Made by a program: the position numbers and the translations under genes
Source: a virus
Lineage: Duplodnaviria > Caudoviricetes
DNA length: 51,051 nt
IMG/VR virus record: IMGVR_UViG_3300047272_000461
Coordinates: 1 to 51,051 of that record
Reading direction: 5' to 3' (one strand)
Part shown: positions 8,911-16,833 of the stretch, piece after piece
How positions within the stretch are numbered: the first letter of the stretch is position 1
Layout of the letters: every line of letters starts with the position of its first letter
Notes under the pieces: generated by a model
Told to the model about the DNA's origin: nothing
The model's input: the letters and a program-made list of their open reading frames with translations, nothing else
Database searches by the model: none

Positions 8911-9329
8911 TCGAGGGTTCGTTTAAGGGAGGTCAGTCTGGATTGTAGGTTCGTCATCAGCTTTTCAAGCTGTTTGTCCTTGTCCGTGACCAACCAGTCC
9001 GGGTTGGCCATAAGAGCGTTGTAGTCCTCGATGGACTCAATCGAGAGCTTGGTCCACTTGACCATCTCTTCCCTTGCGGTCAGGAGCTCCCTTGCCTTCT
9101 TGAGGGGCATAAGGACTTCGGCGTTCAGGATGTTCCGCTTCGATACGTTCGACTCCGCGCGAGCCGTCCGGTATCTTAGGATAGTCCACGGAGGCGATGG
9201 CAGCTCCTTCGCCGGCTTGGGCGTGATGAACCCAGGACGAGGTCCACGACGCTTGATGGGGTCACCCGGCTGGACTACCGCCACTATGGGCGAACCAGTC
9301 ATCACCTTGGCGGGCTTCTTGGTTCGCAT
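8907..9329 (-). CDS. Hypothetical protein (MRTKKPAK...)
   Basis: ATG at 9329 overlaps the LexA-like stop; stop overlaps the IbrA-like start. Confidence 0.65.
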   Translation of the reverse strand: MRTKKPAKVMTGSPIVAVVQPGDPIKRRGPRPGFITPKPAKELPSPPWTILRYRTARAESNVSKRNILNAEVLMPLKKARELLTAREEMVKWTKLSIESIEDYNALMANPDWLVTDKDKQLEKLMTNLQSRLTSLKRTLE

Positions 9330-9574
9330 CAGGCGGTCTGTGGGACGAGTTGGATGGAGCGGGCGATGGCAGGGTCGCGCTTGATGTATCCCTTGGCTTG
9401 GAGGGCGTTCAGGTGGCCGAAGACGGCGTTCGTGCTGATGCCCCCAAGGGCGTCGCTTATCTCCCGCATAGAGGGCGGGTAGCCATTGGAGCGTGAGATG
9501 CGCTCGATGGCCTTCAGACATTCCTTTTGTCGTTGTGTGAGTCCTTGCATGATAGGCACCACTTTGGTTGCCAT
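9329..9574 (-). CDS. LexA-type winged-HTH repressor, DNA-binding domain only
   Basis: LTQRQKECL..I......GYPPSMREISDALG..STNAVFGHLNALQAKGYIKRDP..ARSI; no peptidase domain. Confidence 0.88.
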   Translation of the reverse strand: MATKVVPIMQGLTQRQKECLKAIERISRSNGYPPSMREISDALGGISTNAVFGHLNALQAKGYIKRDPAIARSIQLVPQTA

Positions 9575-9603
9575 CTGTTCATCGTCAACACTTTTCCACT
9601 ATG

Positions 9604-9674
9604 CAGGTTCGCAGGGACTCGAACCCCGACTCTTGGTATCAAAAACCAGTATGCTGCCATTACATCACGAACCT
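9604..9674 (-). tRNA. tRNA-Gln(TTG)
   Basis: Acceptor AGGTTCG/CGAACCT, anticodon loop TTTTGAT, GTTCGAGTC T-loop; no encoded CCA. Confidence 0.85.
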
Positions 9675-9681
9675 GTGGAAG

Positions 9682-9755
9682 TGGTGGACCGTGGGAGAGT
9701 CGAACTCCCATCGCCCGGATGCAAACCGGGGGTTCTGCCATTGAACTAACAGCCC
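9682..9755 (-). tRNA. tRNA-Ala(TGC)
   Basis: Cloverleaf, CCCGG-TTTGCAT-CCGGG, ends ACCA. Confidence 0.92.
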
Positions 9756-9763
9756 TATGAGAT

Positions 9764-9837
9764 TGGGAGCGGGGGTGGGAGTCGAACCCACCATAACAAG
9801 CTTATGAGACTTGCCGCTCCACCGGGAGCTCCCCGCC
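9764..9837 (-). tRNA. tRNA-Met(CAT)
   Basis: CAAGT-CTCATAA-GCTTG, T-arm GTGGGTTCGACTCCCAC, CCA end. Confidence 0.82.
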
Positions 9838-9842
9838 ATAAA

Positions 9843-9918
9843 TGGAGGACATCCTTGGACTTCAACCAAGTAGAAGTTGCTTTGCAGGCAACGGCCTCGT
9901 GCCTTCGGCTTGATGTCC
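9843..9918 (-). tRNA. tRNA-Cys(GCA)
   Basis: GTTGC-CTGCAAA-GCAAC, ends TCCA; variant T-loop TTGAAGT. Confidence 0.82.
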
Positions 9919-9924
9919 TGAAAC

Positions 9925-9997
9925 TACGGCAAGCGGGGGTCGAACCCGCAACATCCAGTTTGGAAAACTGACACTCTGCCAATTGAGTTACTGCCGT
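9925..9997 (-). tRNA. tRNA-Gly(TCC)
   Basis: TCAGT-TTTCCAA-ACTGG; no encoded CCA. Confidence 0.88.
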
Positions 9998-10002
9998 GAA
10001 AG

Positions 10003-10075
10003 CACCAAGGGGTGGGGTCGAACCACCGACAGACGCATTAACAGTGCGTTGCTCTGCCAACTGAGCTACCTTGAT
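10003..10075 (-). tRNA. tRNA-Asn(GTT)
   Basis: ACGCA-CTGTTAA-TGCGT; canonical D and T arms. Confidence 0.9.
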
Positions 10076-10078
10076 AAA

Positions 10079-10153
10079 TGGTTGTCGAGGAAGGAGTCGA
10101 ACCTTCATCTGCCGGTTCGTAGCCGGCCATTCTGTCCGTTGAAATACCCGACA
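10079..10153 (-). tRNA. tRNA-Arg(ACG)
   Basis: GCCGG-CTACGAA-CCGGC, ACCA end. Confidence 0.9.
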
Positions 10154-10159
10154 ATAAAC

Positions 10160-10234
10160 TGGTCACCGAGACAGGACTTGAACCTGCAACCTCCTGGTCC
10201 CAAACCAGGCGCGATGCCATTACGCTACTCGATG
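10160..10234 (-). tRNA. tRNA-Pro(TGG)
   Basis: CCTGG-TTTGGGA-CCAGG, ACCA end. Confidence 0.92.
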
Positions 10235-10240
10235 TTAGGA

Positions 10241-10306
10241 TGACGCATAGAAGGAGTTTGAACCTTCTTCCCCCGATGGACGGGATGCAGCTTACACCAA
10301 TGCGTC
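10241..10306 (-). tRNA. Atypical short tRNA-like element (possible CCA anticodon)
   Basis: Acceptor GACGCAT/ATGCGTC, T-arm GAAGG-TTCAAACT-CCTTC, shrunken D arm, CCCG-TCCAT-CGGG anticodon arm. Confidence 0.55.
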
Positions 10307-10309
10307 AAG

Positions 10310-10399
10310 TGGTAGAGGGTGTCCGATTTGAACGGACGAGCGTTTTACCGCTATCTGTTTTCAAGACAGGTGCATTAAGCCGGACTCTGCCAACCCTCT
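10310..10399 (-). tRNA. tRNA-Ser(TGA)
   Basis: CTGT-CTTGAAA-ACAG, long variable arm AGCG-GTAAAA-CGCT, CCA end. Confidence 0.9.
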
Positions 10400-10405
10400 G
10401 TAAAA

Positions 10406-10480
10406 TGGTGACCCGAACAGGACTCGAACCTGTATTAGGTGGGTAGAAGCCACCGGTTCTGTCCATTGAACTATCGGGTC
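10406..10480 (-). tRNA. tRNA-Arg(TCT)
   Basis: GGTGG-CTTCTAC-CCACC, ACCA end. Confidence 0.92.
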
Positions 10481-10483
10481 AAA

Positions 10484-10557
10484 TGGCGGGGAGTGTCGGA
10501 GTCGAACCGACCCCAGTGGATTTGGAGACCACTGTGCTACCGAAACACTTACTCCCC
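10484..10557 (-). tRNA. tRNA-Trp(CCA)
   Basis: GTGGT-CTCCAAA-TCCAC, GCCA end. Confidence 0.88.
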
Positions 10558-10563
10558 AAATAC

Positions 10564-10635
10564 TGGGCGCGGATGGACTCGAACCAGCATTAGCCCGTTA
10601 TGAGCGGGTCGTTCTGACCTTTGAACTACACGCCC
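10564..10635 (-). tRNA. tRNA-Ile2/Met(CAT)
   Basis: CCCG-CTCATAA-CGGG; 5' GGGCGTG acceptor resembles Ile2 (lysidine) type. Confidence 0.85.
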
Positions 10636-10644
10636 AAGAAAGAT

Positions 10645-11022
10645 TTACCGGGTGGAAAACCATTGAGTCGAGTAGCTGCGCTCGCTCCCTCCCCGGCGGT
10701 ATCGTAAGTTTCTCTACGACCCAATTGTGCTTCCCACCTCACGGAGGGAGGACTTGGTTTCGCCCCACGCTACGCCCTTCACGGCCTTGGTGGTTAACCA
10801 GGAGCGCTCCAAGCGGTCACAGCGTGACGCTTCTGAACCCGTAGCAAGCCCCCTTAACACCTTGAGGCGAGGGAGGGTCCTGCATCGGAAAAACCAACCA
10901 CACGATTTGTCCGCCATGTTCCGGCGGGTCGCTCGGTGACTTTGCACCGAAAGAGCAGGCGTCATCTGACGATGAACTGACCCCCTTGGGGTCGTGCTGG
11001 TTCGCATACGCAAACCACACCC
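10645..11022 (-). ncRNA. ~380-nt structured RNA within the tRNA array, GOLLD-like
   Basis: Continuous hairpins (GACCCC-AAG-GGGGTC, TCGGTG/CACCGA, CCGCC/GGCGG, GNRA loops, terminal CCGGG/CCCGG), potential GCTAC/GTAGC pseudoknot; no credible ORF. Confidence 0.6.
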
Positions 11023-11027
11023 ACAAA

Positions 11028-11102
11028 TGGAGCATCGGGACGGACTTGAACCGACAACCCTCTGTTTACAAAACAGGAGCTCTGCCATTGAGCTACCAAT
11101 GC
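11028..11102 (-). tRNA. tRNA-Thr(TGT)
   Basis: CTGT-TTTGTAA-ACAG, TCCA end. Confidence 0.92.
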
Positions 11103-11114
11103 GTTAGCAATCGC

Positions 11115-11191
11115 TGGCAGGACCGTTGGGACTCGAACCCAAATTACCGGAATGAAAATCCGGAGTCCTGAACCAGTTAAACGACGACCCC
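11115..11191 (-). tRNA. tRNA-Glu(TTC)
   Basis: CCGGA-TTTTCAT-TCCGG, GCCA end. Confidence 0.9.
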
Positions 11192-11220
11192 AAGCGATTG
11201 CGTTGAAATACTGACAAAAG

Positions 11221-11270
11221 GAATGTCAAAGAGCCACTACTCTCTTCATTTGAGATTGGGAGAGTGTCAG
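11221..11270 (-). promoter_or_regulatory. tRNA-array leader: late motif CTGACA-N5-CCA followed by boxA-like GGCTCTTTGACATT
   Basis: Motif at 11257-11270; boxA-like at about 11222-11236 (compare E. coli rrn boxA TGCTCTTTAACA). Confidence 0.6.
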
Positions 11271-11590
11271 CTCCTGTCAGAGCGAGTCAATACAAAAAGT
11301 GCTGCGCCGGCCAAGATGGCCGCGCCGTAATACTTCAGGAACGCAGGCACGCCCGACTGGACGATGAACTTGGCGAACTCCGGCGTGGCGAGGTAGACGA
11401 TGACCGAGCCGACGAAGATGACCTTGCCGCGAGACATCTCGTGCGGAGTGTCCAACCAGTCCACCAGGTCGTCTAGCTTCGTAGGTCTGTTCTCGAACCG
11501 GACGATGGGTTCAGCCGACATGTATTCCTTGGAGTTGTTGAACTCCTTGTCGTAGCCGTGCTTCGCTTTCTTGTATTCTTCTTCCTTCAT
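11267..11590 (-). CDS. Hypothetical membrane protein
   Basis: 107-aa ORF, two C-terminal hydrophobic segments. Confidence 0.65.
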   Translation of the reverse strand: MKEEEYKKAKHGYDKEFNNSKEYMSAEPIVRFENRPTKLDDLVDWLDTPHEMSRGKVIFVGSVIVYLATPEFAKFIVQSGVPAFLKYYGAAILAGAALFVLTRSDRS

Positions 11591-11877
11591 TCCGTTGTCG
11601 GTTTGTCAATGTCCTTGGTCTTCCCCTTCGACGGCAGCTTGTCAAGGTAGGCGCCCCACTCCGGCGTGTTGATGACATGCTCGTTCAGGTAGCGGTCAAT
11701 CCGCCCGCCGATGGTTCGCACCTCCGGGTAGACCACCTTCAGCCCCTTGATGAAGCGGTAGAAGTCCTTCAGCTGCTTCTCGTCGTCGAAGACGATGTTG
11801 TATTGGACTACGGCCTTCCCGATGAAGCCGTGTTCGCCTCCCTCGGTAAAGGGGTCACGGTTGGCTGGGTCGCTCAT
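11587..11877 (-). CDS. Hypothetical protein
   Basis: 96-aa tiled ORF. Confidence 0.7.
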   Translation of the reverse strand: MSDPANRDPFTEGGEHGFIGKAVVQYNIVFDDEKQLKDFYRFIKGLKVVYPEVRTIGGRIDRYLNEHVINTPEWGAYLDKLPSKGKTKDIDKPTTE

Positions 11878-12092
11878 TGGAATAGGTCTTCAAGGTTCAC
11901 CTTCACCGCCTGCTTGTAGAGGCGTTGCACGACCTTCAGCTGCCGGTCGGTCATGTTCAGCTTCTTGCGGATGGCGCGGGGCTGTGCTCCGTTCTTGAGG
12001 AGAACCAGTGCCGCCTGTCGCTTGATGCTGTCCGGCGCCTTCGACACTTGGTCGATGACCGACTGTCCTTCGACGTGCTTCCAGGGTTTCAC
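11874..12092 (-). CDS. Hypothetical protein (possible HTH)
   Basis: 72-aa tiled ORF. Confidence 0.6.
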   Translation of the reverse strand: MKPWKHVEGQSVIDQVSKAPDSIKRQAALVLLKNGAQPRAIRKKLNMTDRQLKVVQRLYKQAVKVNLEDLFQ

Positions 12093-12505
12093 AGTTTGAT
12101 TTTGTTCGGGGACTCCTGGCGAACCATCGAGGGCGGTGCTTCCTTGAGGTCAGGAAGGTTGTTCTTCATGGCGTAGTAGCGGATGTCGCCCTTGCCCACG
12201 TGGAAGCCCTTGGCTTCGGCGTAGCGCTCTGCCCATCCCACAGTCTCACCCTTCTTCGCGGCGACCTCATAGGCCTCCTTGATGGCAAGCTGGCGGGGCG
12301 AACCCTTGCCGATGATGCGACCATCCGGGCGGGGTTTGCTATTGTTCAGGAGCCAGGCGCCCAGGTCCTTGCGGTTCGTCTTGAACTTCTTGCAAAGGTC
12401 ATCGACAAGGATGTGCGGGTTCTTTTCCCAGAAGGCATAGGCCTCTTGGAGTCGCTGCTCCTTGGGCACGAGCTCAACCGGCTTCTTCTTCATCGTCTTC
12501 GTCAT
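12089..12505 (-). CDS. Hypothetical protein (possible HTH)
   Basis: ORF; start taken at MTKTMKKK. Confidence 0.65.
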   Translation of the reverse strand: MTKTMKKKPVELVPKEQRLQEAYAFWEKNPHILVDDLCKKFKTNRKDLGAWLLNNSKPRPDGRIIGKGSPRQLAIKEAYEVAAKKGETVGWAERYAEAKGFHVGKGDIRYYAMKNNLPDLKEAPPSMVRQESPNKIKL

Positions 12506-12701
12506 CGAGTTGTTTTTTGGTTCGCTTGCGTTTATCGGCTTCGTCTCGCTGGAGGGCAAGCCATTTGCGCTTCGCCTCCCACAAAACGAGAGTCGAGCGC
12601 CAGGCCGTTATCAAGGAGTGTGCTCCAAAGTAAAAGCAGACAAGGAACACAAGTCCTCCTAGGACCGTGGCGATGCGTATCGCCCAGTTGAGCCAGTCCA
12701 T
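12474..12701 (-). CDS. Small membrane protein with acidic tail
   Basis: 75-aa ORF, N-terminal TM segment. Confidence 0.6.
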   Translation of the reverse strand: MDWLNWAIRIATVLGGLVFLVCFYFGAHSLITAWRSTLVLWEAKRKWLALQRDEADKRKRTKKQLDDEDDEEEAG

Positions 12702-12940
12702 CAGTCAGAGCGCTTCTTCGCGCGCGGGGCGACGGAGAGGATTTCCTTCTTCGCCTCCTTGCGGTATGCTTCCCAACGCTTGTTGACGGCGGCACGGCAG
12801 ACTTCGGACGGACGACGCTTGGCGTCGCCGGTGCCGGCCATACCACCGAGACGGCCGAGGATGCGGGCGGCATCTTTGACGGCTTGGCGGGCCTGGGCTA
12901 CTGCTTCATTCTTCTCTTGGTCGCGCAATTTGGTTTTCAT
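12701..12940 (-). CDS. Small basic protein (LGRLGG / KGG-like motif)
   Basis: 79-aa ORF after promoter TTGACA at 12969-12974. Confidence 0.7.
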   Translation of the reverse strand: MKTKLRDQEKNEAVAQARQAVKDAARILGRLGGMAGTGDAKRRPSEVCRAAVNKRWEAYRKEAKKEILSVAPRAKKRSD

Positions 12941-13035
12941 GTGTGGGTCTATGCAAGTGTTTGGGTTGTGTCAACCCAACCGCCGGCTTGTTAGGTCAGC
13001 GGAGGGCGTGACATCAACGACACCTGCGAGCGGTG

Positions 13036-13296
13036 TCAAGACTTGGTCGCTTCGATGGCGGCCTTGATGAGCGCTTCCTTGGCGAACGTGGCGAGGAGGC
13101 CACGACCCGACGAGCGGAGTTCGTGAATGAACTCGTTGGCGGCGGGGTGCATCTGGAGCTCACGGTCCAAGCGGAAGTTGAGCTGGAACGACTGGTGCTT
13201 ACGCGCGGCCTGAAGCTTGCGGAGGTAAGCAATCGCCGAACTCTGCGCCTTCGTAGGACGACCGGGTTTGCGTTTGGTGGTGGTGATGTTCTTCAT
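13036..13296 (-). CDS. Hypothetical basic protein (KRKPGRP, possibly DNA-binding)
   Basis: 86-aa ORF. Confidence 0.65.
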   Translation of the reverse strand: MKNITTTKRKPGRPTKAQSSAIAYLRKLQAARKHQSFQLNFRLDRELQMHPAANEFIHELRSSGRGLLATFAKEALIKAAIEATKS

Positions 13297-13335
13297 TGTG
13301 GTTTTTGGGTGTTGTAGACTCCTGTCGGAGAGGGG

Positions 13336-13623
13336 TTATTTCTGCTTGTCCGAGTCGCCGTAAGCGGACTCGATGGGCTTGTTCGTGTCGGCGCAACGGA
13401 GGTGCTGGTCCTCCCAATTGATGTCGCAGCCGATGACCTTCCAACCGCCGGTGGGGTCGTTGGACTGGATGGCTTCGAGGATGAGGGCCTGGTTCTTTCG
13501 AGCGGACTCAAAGGACAGGGCTTCGCCGTCGGCGGTGATGAAGAAGCGCGGGTATCCGCCAGGGAAGGCGTAAGGGCCGGCTGCGAGGTCTTTGTTGAAC
13601 TGTTCGGTTTTGTATCGGGGCAT
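13336..13623 (-). CDS. Conserved hypothetical phage protein (YAFPGGYP...DG..L...INWED...IESAY)
   Basis: 95-aa ORF with recognisable phage motif pattern. Confidence 0.75.
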   Translation of the reverse strand: MPRYKTEQFNKDLAAGPYAFPGGYPRFFITADGEALSFESARKNQALILEAIQSNDPTGGWKVIGCDINWEDQHLRCADTNKPIESAYGDSDKQK

Positions 13624-13680
13624 AAAGGTGTTAGTCGTTGAAGAAGAAGCAGACCACGATGACTGCGAGGCAGACGGCGG

Positions 13681-13998
13681 TCATACCTTGAGCATAGCGG
13701 TCTTGTCGCAGACCGAAAGGATGCGGTTGTAAGCGGCGATGTCCTCCTTGGCAGGAGGCACATACGACTTCTCGTCGCACGCAGGGCTGATGTAGACGGC
13801 GTGCAGCTCCGCCGCGCGTCGTAGGATGGCGTAGCGATGGGCTTTGTCCTCTACGGCAAGCTCGGCATACCGGAAGTGGTCCCTGACCATAGTCCGTCCC
13901 AAGCGGGCGAACTTCTTCACGTTGGCGTGGTTCGCCTCTGCGTGGGCAAGCAACGACTGGAGGGAGTCGAAGCGGGTGGTGTCGAAGTAGTCGCTCAT
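13681..13998 (-). CDS. Hypothetical protein
   Basis: 105-aa ORF. Confidence 0.65.
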   Translation of the reverse strand: MSDYFDTTRFDSLQSLLAHAEANHANVKKFARLGRTMVRDHFRYAELAVEDKAHRYAILRRAAELHAVYISPACDEKSYVPPAKEDIAAYNRILSVCDKTAMLKV

Positions 13999-14129
13999 TC
14001 GAGGTCGCGCTTCCAGGAGTTGCGGTCCTGCTTGGCCTTCTGCTTCTTAGGCACGAAGGCGGTGGACGGACGGCCGCCAGTCTTGCGGACCGAGGCGAGG
14101 ACTTGGGCGAAGGTGACTTTCGTTTTCAT
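13995..14129 (-). CDS. Small basic protein (44 aa, MKTKVTFAQV...)
   Basis: ATG 14129 directly after promoter TTGACA(14159-14164)-N17-TCCACT. Confidence 0.6.
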   Translation of the reverse strand: MKTKVTFAQVLASVRKTGGRPSTAFVPKKQKAKQDRNSWKRDLE

Positions 14130-14160
14130 GCGGGTAGTGGAACGCAACCTCTTGCGTTTG

Positions 14161-14733
14161 TCAAGCCGTGATTTTGAACTTCTTTTTGGCTTCACCGCAG
14201 GAGGAGGCGTTGAGCTTCGAGCCGCGGTATCCGGGCGAACCACCATTCGTGGCGGAGCAGAACAGGGCGCGGGCGATGAGCTCGGTGTGGGCAATCAGAG
14301 ACTTGCCGCTGTCGTTGGCCTGGACGCTGTTGTAGTAGTGGCCGGGAGTGCCGTCCCAATAGACAGGCGAGGAGGGGTTGTAAGGGTGCCAGATGTTCGT
14401 CTGCTCACGGTTGCCGTGGTTCTCCCACAGGATGAGGCGACGACCCTGCACGCCAGTCTTCTGGATGTGGACGCTCTTCTCGTTGGCGAGGAGGTCGAGG
14501 TTCACGGTCACAAGGACCGGTCCGTTGAAGGCGAGCGAGAGGGCGTGGTCGAGGATTTCCACGGAGAGGGTCACCGGGGAGCCCTCGGAGACGTGGATGA
14601 CCTCCTTGGTGGAGTCGTCCTCAATCGCCTTAATCCAGGCGACCTGTGCCTTCGTAGGGCGGTTCGTGATGCGGTCCGTCGGGGCCGCTTTGCGTTTCTG
14701 GGAAGCCATAGCCATCATCATCATTGGGTTCAT
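14161..14733 (-). CDS. Hypothetical protein
   Basis: ORF after promoter TTGACC-N17-CAACCT (14740-14768). Confidence 0.7.
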   Translation of the reverse strand: MNPMMMMAMASQKRKAAPTDRITNRPTKAQVAWIKAIEDDSTKEVIHVSEGSPVTLSVEILDHALSLAFNGPVLVTVNLDLLANEKSVHIQKTGVQGRRLILWENHGNREQTNIWHPYNPSSPVYWDGTPGHYYNSVQANDSGKSLIAHTELIARALFCSATNGGSPGYRGSKLNASSCGEAKKKFKITA

Positions 14734-14764
14734 GCGGACAGGTTGAACAAGCGGTTGCGAATGG

Positions 14765-15472
14765 TCAAGCACTTTCTTCAGCCGACTTCACATAGACCGC
14801 CGGCATCTCTGCCTTCGCCTTCTCGAACGCCTCTGCGTTGATAGGTCGCAGCTCCAAGGAGGCGGCCACGGACTCGGCGTTGCGAGCCACGCGCATAGCC
14901 ACGCTGTTGCCCTGCTTGAGAACCAGGGTGGCGTTCACCCAGTTGATGGCCTCGTAAGAAGCCCAACGACCACGCCCGTTGCGACGGGTGGACGAACGCC
15001 AGTAAGACTGGGTCGGGATGAGCGGAGTGCTGAACGCCGGGGAGCAAGGGCAGGAGCATCCCGCCTTCCACGCCCAACGCACGCCCTTCGCCTTCTCCAC
15101 ATCGGCCATCGTGTAGCCGTCGGGAAGGGTAGCCATGCCATTGGCGATGACTTGCTTCATCGTCGCGGCGAGGTGCTTGCGGTATTCTTCCATACGCTCG
15201 TCGCCCTCAAGCATCTCGCTGCCGCGGGTCATGAGGTTCTCGCCCACGTTGAACTTCTCGTCTTCGGTCTTCTGGATGCCGAACGAGATGCAGAGGTTGC
15301 TCCGCATGTCCGTGAGGGAGCACATCGAGAGGTTGGTGAGCTCGCACTTGGCGTTGGAGGCCGGCGCCAGGTCCTTGGAGACGGCGAGCTTCCAGTAGCG
15401 ACCAGTGTCGCTCTCCTTGGTAGGCACCAGCGTGGGCAGTCCGGTGTCGAGGTTGATTTCGAGTTGGGTCAT
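14765..15472 (-). CDS. Hypothetical protein (AGCSCPCSP motif, possibly metal-binding)
   Basis: 235-aa ORF. Confidence 0.7.
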   Translation of the reverse strand: MTQLEINLDTGLPTLVPTKESDTGRYWKLAVSKDLAPASNAKCELTNLSMCSLTDMRSNLCISFGIQKTEDEKFNVGENLMTRGSEMLEGDERMEEYRKHLAATMKQVIANGMATLPDGYTMADVEKAKGVRWAWKAGCSCPCSPAFSTPLIPTQSYWRSSTRRNGRGRWASYEAINWVNATLVLKQGNSVAMRVARNAESVAASLELRPINAEAFEKAKAEMPAVYVKSAEESA

Positions 15473-15493
15473 AGTCGTGTGTTGTGTGAGAGG

Positions 15494-15736
15494 TTAGACG
15501 ATGGTGGAGTCGTTGATGCCGTTGTCCGCCTTGATGGTGCGGATGGTGGCGAGGCCGGCTTCGATGAAGCGCTGGTTCTCCTTGAGGGCGAGGCGGAGGC
15601 CGACGACCATCTGCTGGGCTTCGGGCGACAGGCCGCCGGCTTCGAGCGTGAGGATGGCACGCTTGAGGCGGGTTTCGTTTTCGCCGCGGAAGGCGAGGTC
15701 CTTACGGATGGTCTGGATTTCTTCGATGGGAGTCAT
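15494..15736 (-). CDS. Hypothetical protein
   Basis: 80-aa ORF after promoter at 15751-15779. Confidence 0.65.
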   Translation of the reverse strand: MTPIEEIQTIRKDLAFRGENETRLKRAILTLEAGGLSPEAQQMVVGLRLALKENQRFIEAGLATIRTIKADNGINDSTIV

Positions 15737-15775
15737 GGTGAGAGGTGGTCGTTATGGAAGCGTTTGCGTAATCTG

Positions 15776-16144
15776 TCAAGCGACGATTTCAGGTCCGAGG
15801 CCAGGGGCCTTGATGAAGTTGCGGCCGAAGCGGACGAAGCACTGCGTCTTGTCGCGCACCTGTTCGAGCGTGAGGTCGGTGTCCACGGAGTCGCCGGTGT
15901 TGAGGTCCGTGCCGAGGATGACGGCGTTGCCCATCAGCACCTGCTTCATGCCTTCCCAGGCGAAGCCGACGTTAGTGCCGTTGATGAGTCCCTCGTCATC
16001 GACGAAGAGCGTGTTGCCCTTGGCGTCGACCTGGACGCAGGTGAAGAGGTTGAACTTGCCGAACTTCGAGATGTCCTCGAAGGAGTTGATGGTGATGAAC
16101 TGGACGGTGTTGTTGCGGGCGTCCAGGAGGATGGCTTTAGTCAT
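15776..16144 (-). CDS. DUF3846-like protein
   Basis: AILLD...TLFVDDEGL...GNAVILG pattern. Confidence 0.65.
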   Translation of the reverse strand: MTKAILLDARNNTVQFITINSFEDISKFGKFNLFTCVQVDAKGNTLFVDDEGLINGTNVGFAWEGMKQVLMGNAVILGTDLNTGDSVDTDLTLEQVRDKTQCFVRFGRNFIKAPGLGPEIVA

Positions 16145-16237
16145 GGTAGTGCGGTGAGAGTCCACACACCTTGAACAAGCGTTTGCGTATTGTCGAGAAC
16201 TATTTTCAGAAATCGTCCGGGCGACCTAACAGACCAG

Positions 16238-16420
16238 TCAGGCGGACTTCAGGCTATCCATCTCCGCCAGGATAGCCGCGAGCAGGAGCAGGTGCGCCTG
16301 GATGGTCGCAGGCGTGGCTTCAGAGCGACGCAGGCGAGCTCCAATCTCGTTCGCATAGATGAAGTCCTGTTCGAGCATTGTGAGGCGTGTGGAGGCAGGA
16401 GAAGGGGTGTCTTGAGACAT
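16238..16420 (-). CDS. Hypothetical protein
   Basis: 60-aa ORF; TTGACA at 16454-16459. Confidence 0.5.
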   Translation of the reverse strand: MSQDTPSPASTRLTMLEQDFIYANEIGARLRRSEATPATIQAHLLLLAAILAEMDSLKSA

Positions 16421-16506
16421 AAGGGAAGTCAGGTATCGGGAAGCGTTGCTGCCTGTCAATCTCTGCCCCCGGTTGTTAGGATAAGACAGGTCGCAAATCT
16501 TTTTTG

Positions 16507-16535
16507 TTGACTACCGCTTGCGAACCCATCAACCT
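16507..16535 (+). promoter_or_regulatory. Early promoter TTGACT-N17-CAACCT with CTACCGCTTG operator-like site
   Basis: Direct read; at the divergence point of the small-ORF region. Confidence 0.65.
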
Positions 16536-16560
16536 CCATCTCGTTCCAATCAACACCACT

Positions 16561-16824
16561 ATGCCCCGCCTCGCCAAACTCGCCAACATCATGCAGTCCG
16601 ACACCTCGGACCTGACCCGCCTCAAGCCGGAACAGATTGTCAAGCTCCTGCCCTTCGAGGGTCGGGACGCTGAAGTCTGGCCGGACGCCATCACCATGTA
16701 TGGCGAAATCTACGGCGAGCAGGCGTTCGAGATGCGTGCCAATGACATCAACCCCGGCACCTTCAAGCAGTGGCTCATCCGCCAGGTCGGCCGTCGCCGC
16801 TGGTCCGCTGCACGCAACGCCTAA
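16561..16824 (+). CDS. Hypothetical protein
   Basis: ATG 16561 after promoter. Confidence 0.7.
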   Translation: MPRLAKLANIMQSDTSDLTRLKPEQIVKLLPFEGRDAEVWPDAITMYGEIYGEQAFEMRANDINPGTFKQWLIRQVGRRRWSAARNA

Positions 16825-16833
16825 CACTTCTCT

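Noticed and set aside
9486-11171. ORFs over the tRNA array (e.g. 10714-11088, 9755-10108)
   Set aside because: They overlap clear tRNA cloverleafs and structured RNA
9604-11191. Stop-codon reassignment or suppressor tRNA
   Set aside because: No CTA, TTA or TCA anticodon; genes are intact in the standard code
11224-11229. TTGACA here (and at ~47787) as sigma70 -35 boxes
   Set aside because: No good -10 at 17 bp; better explained as part of boxA-like CTTTGACATT
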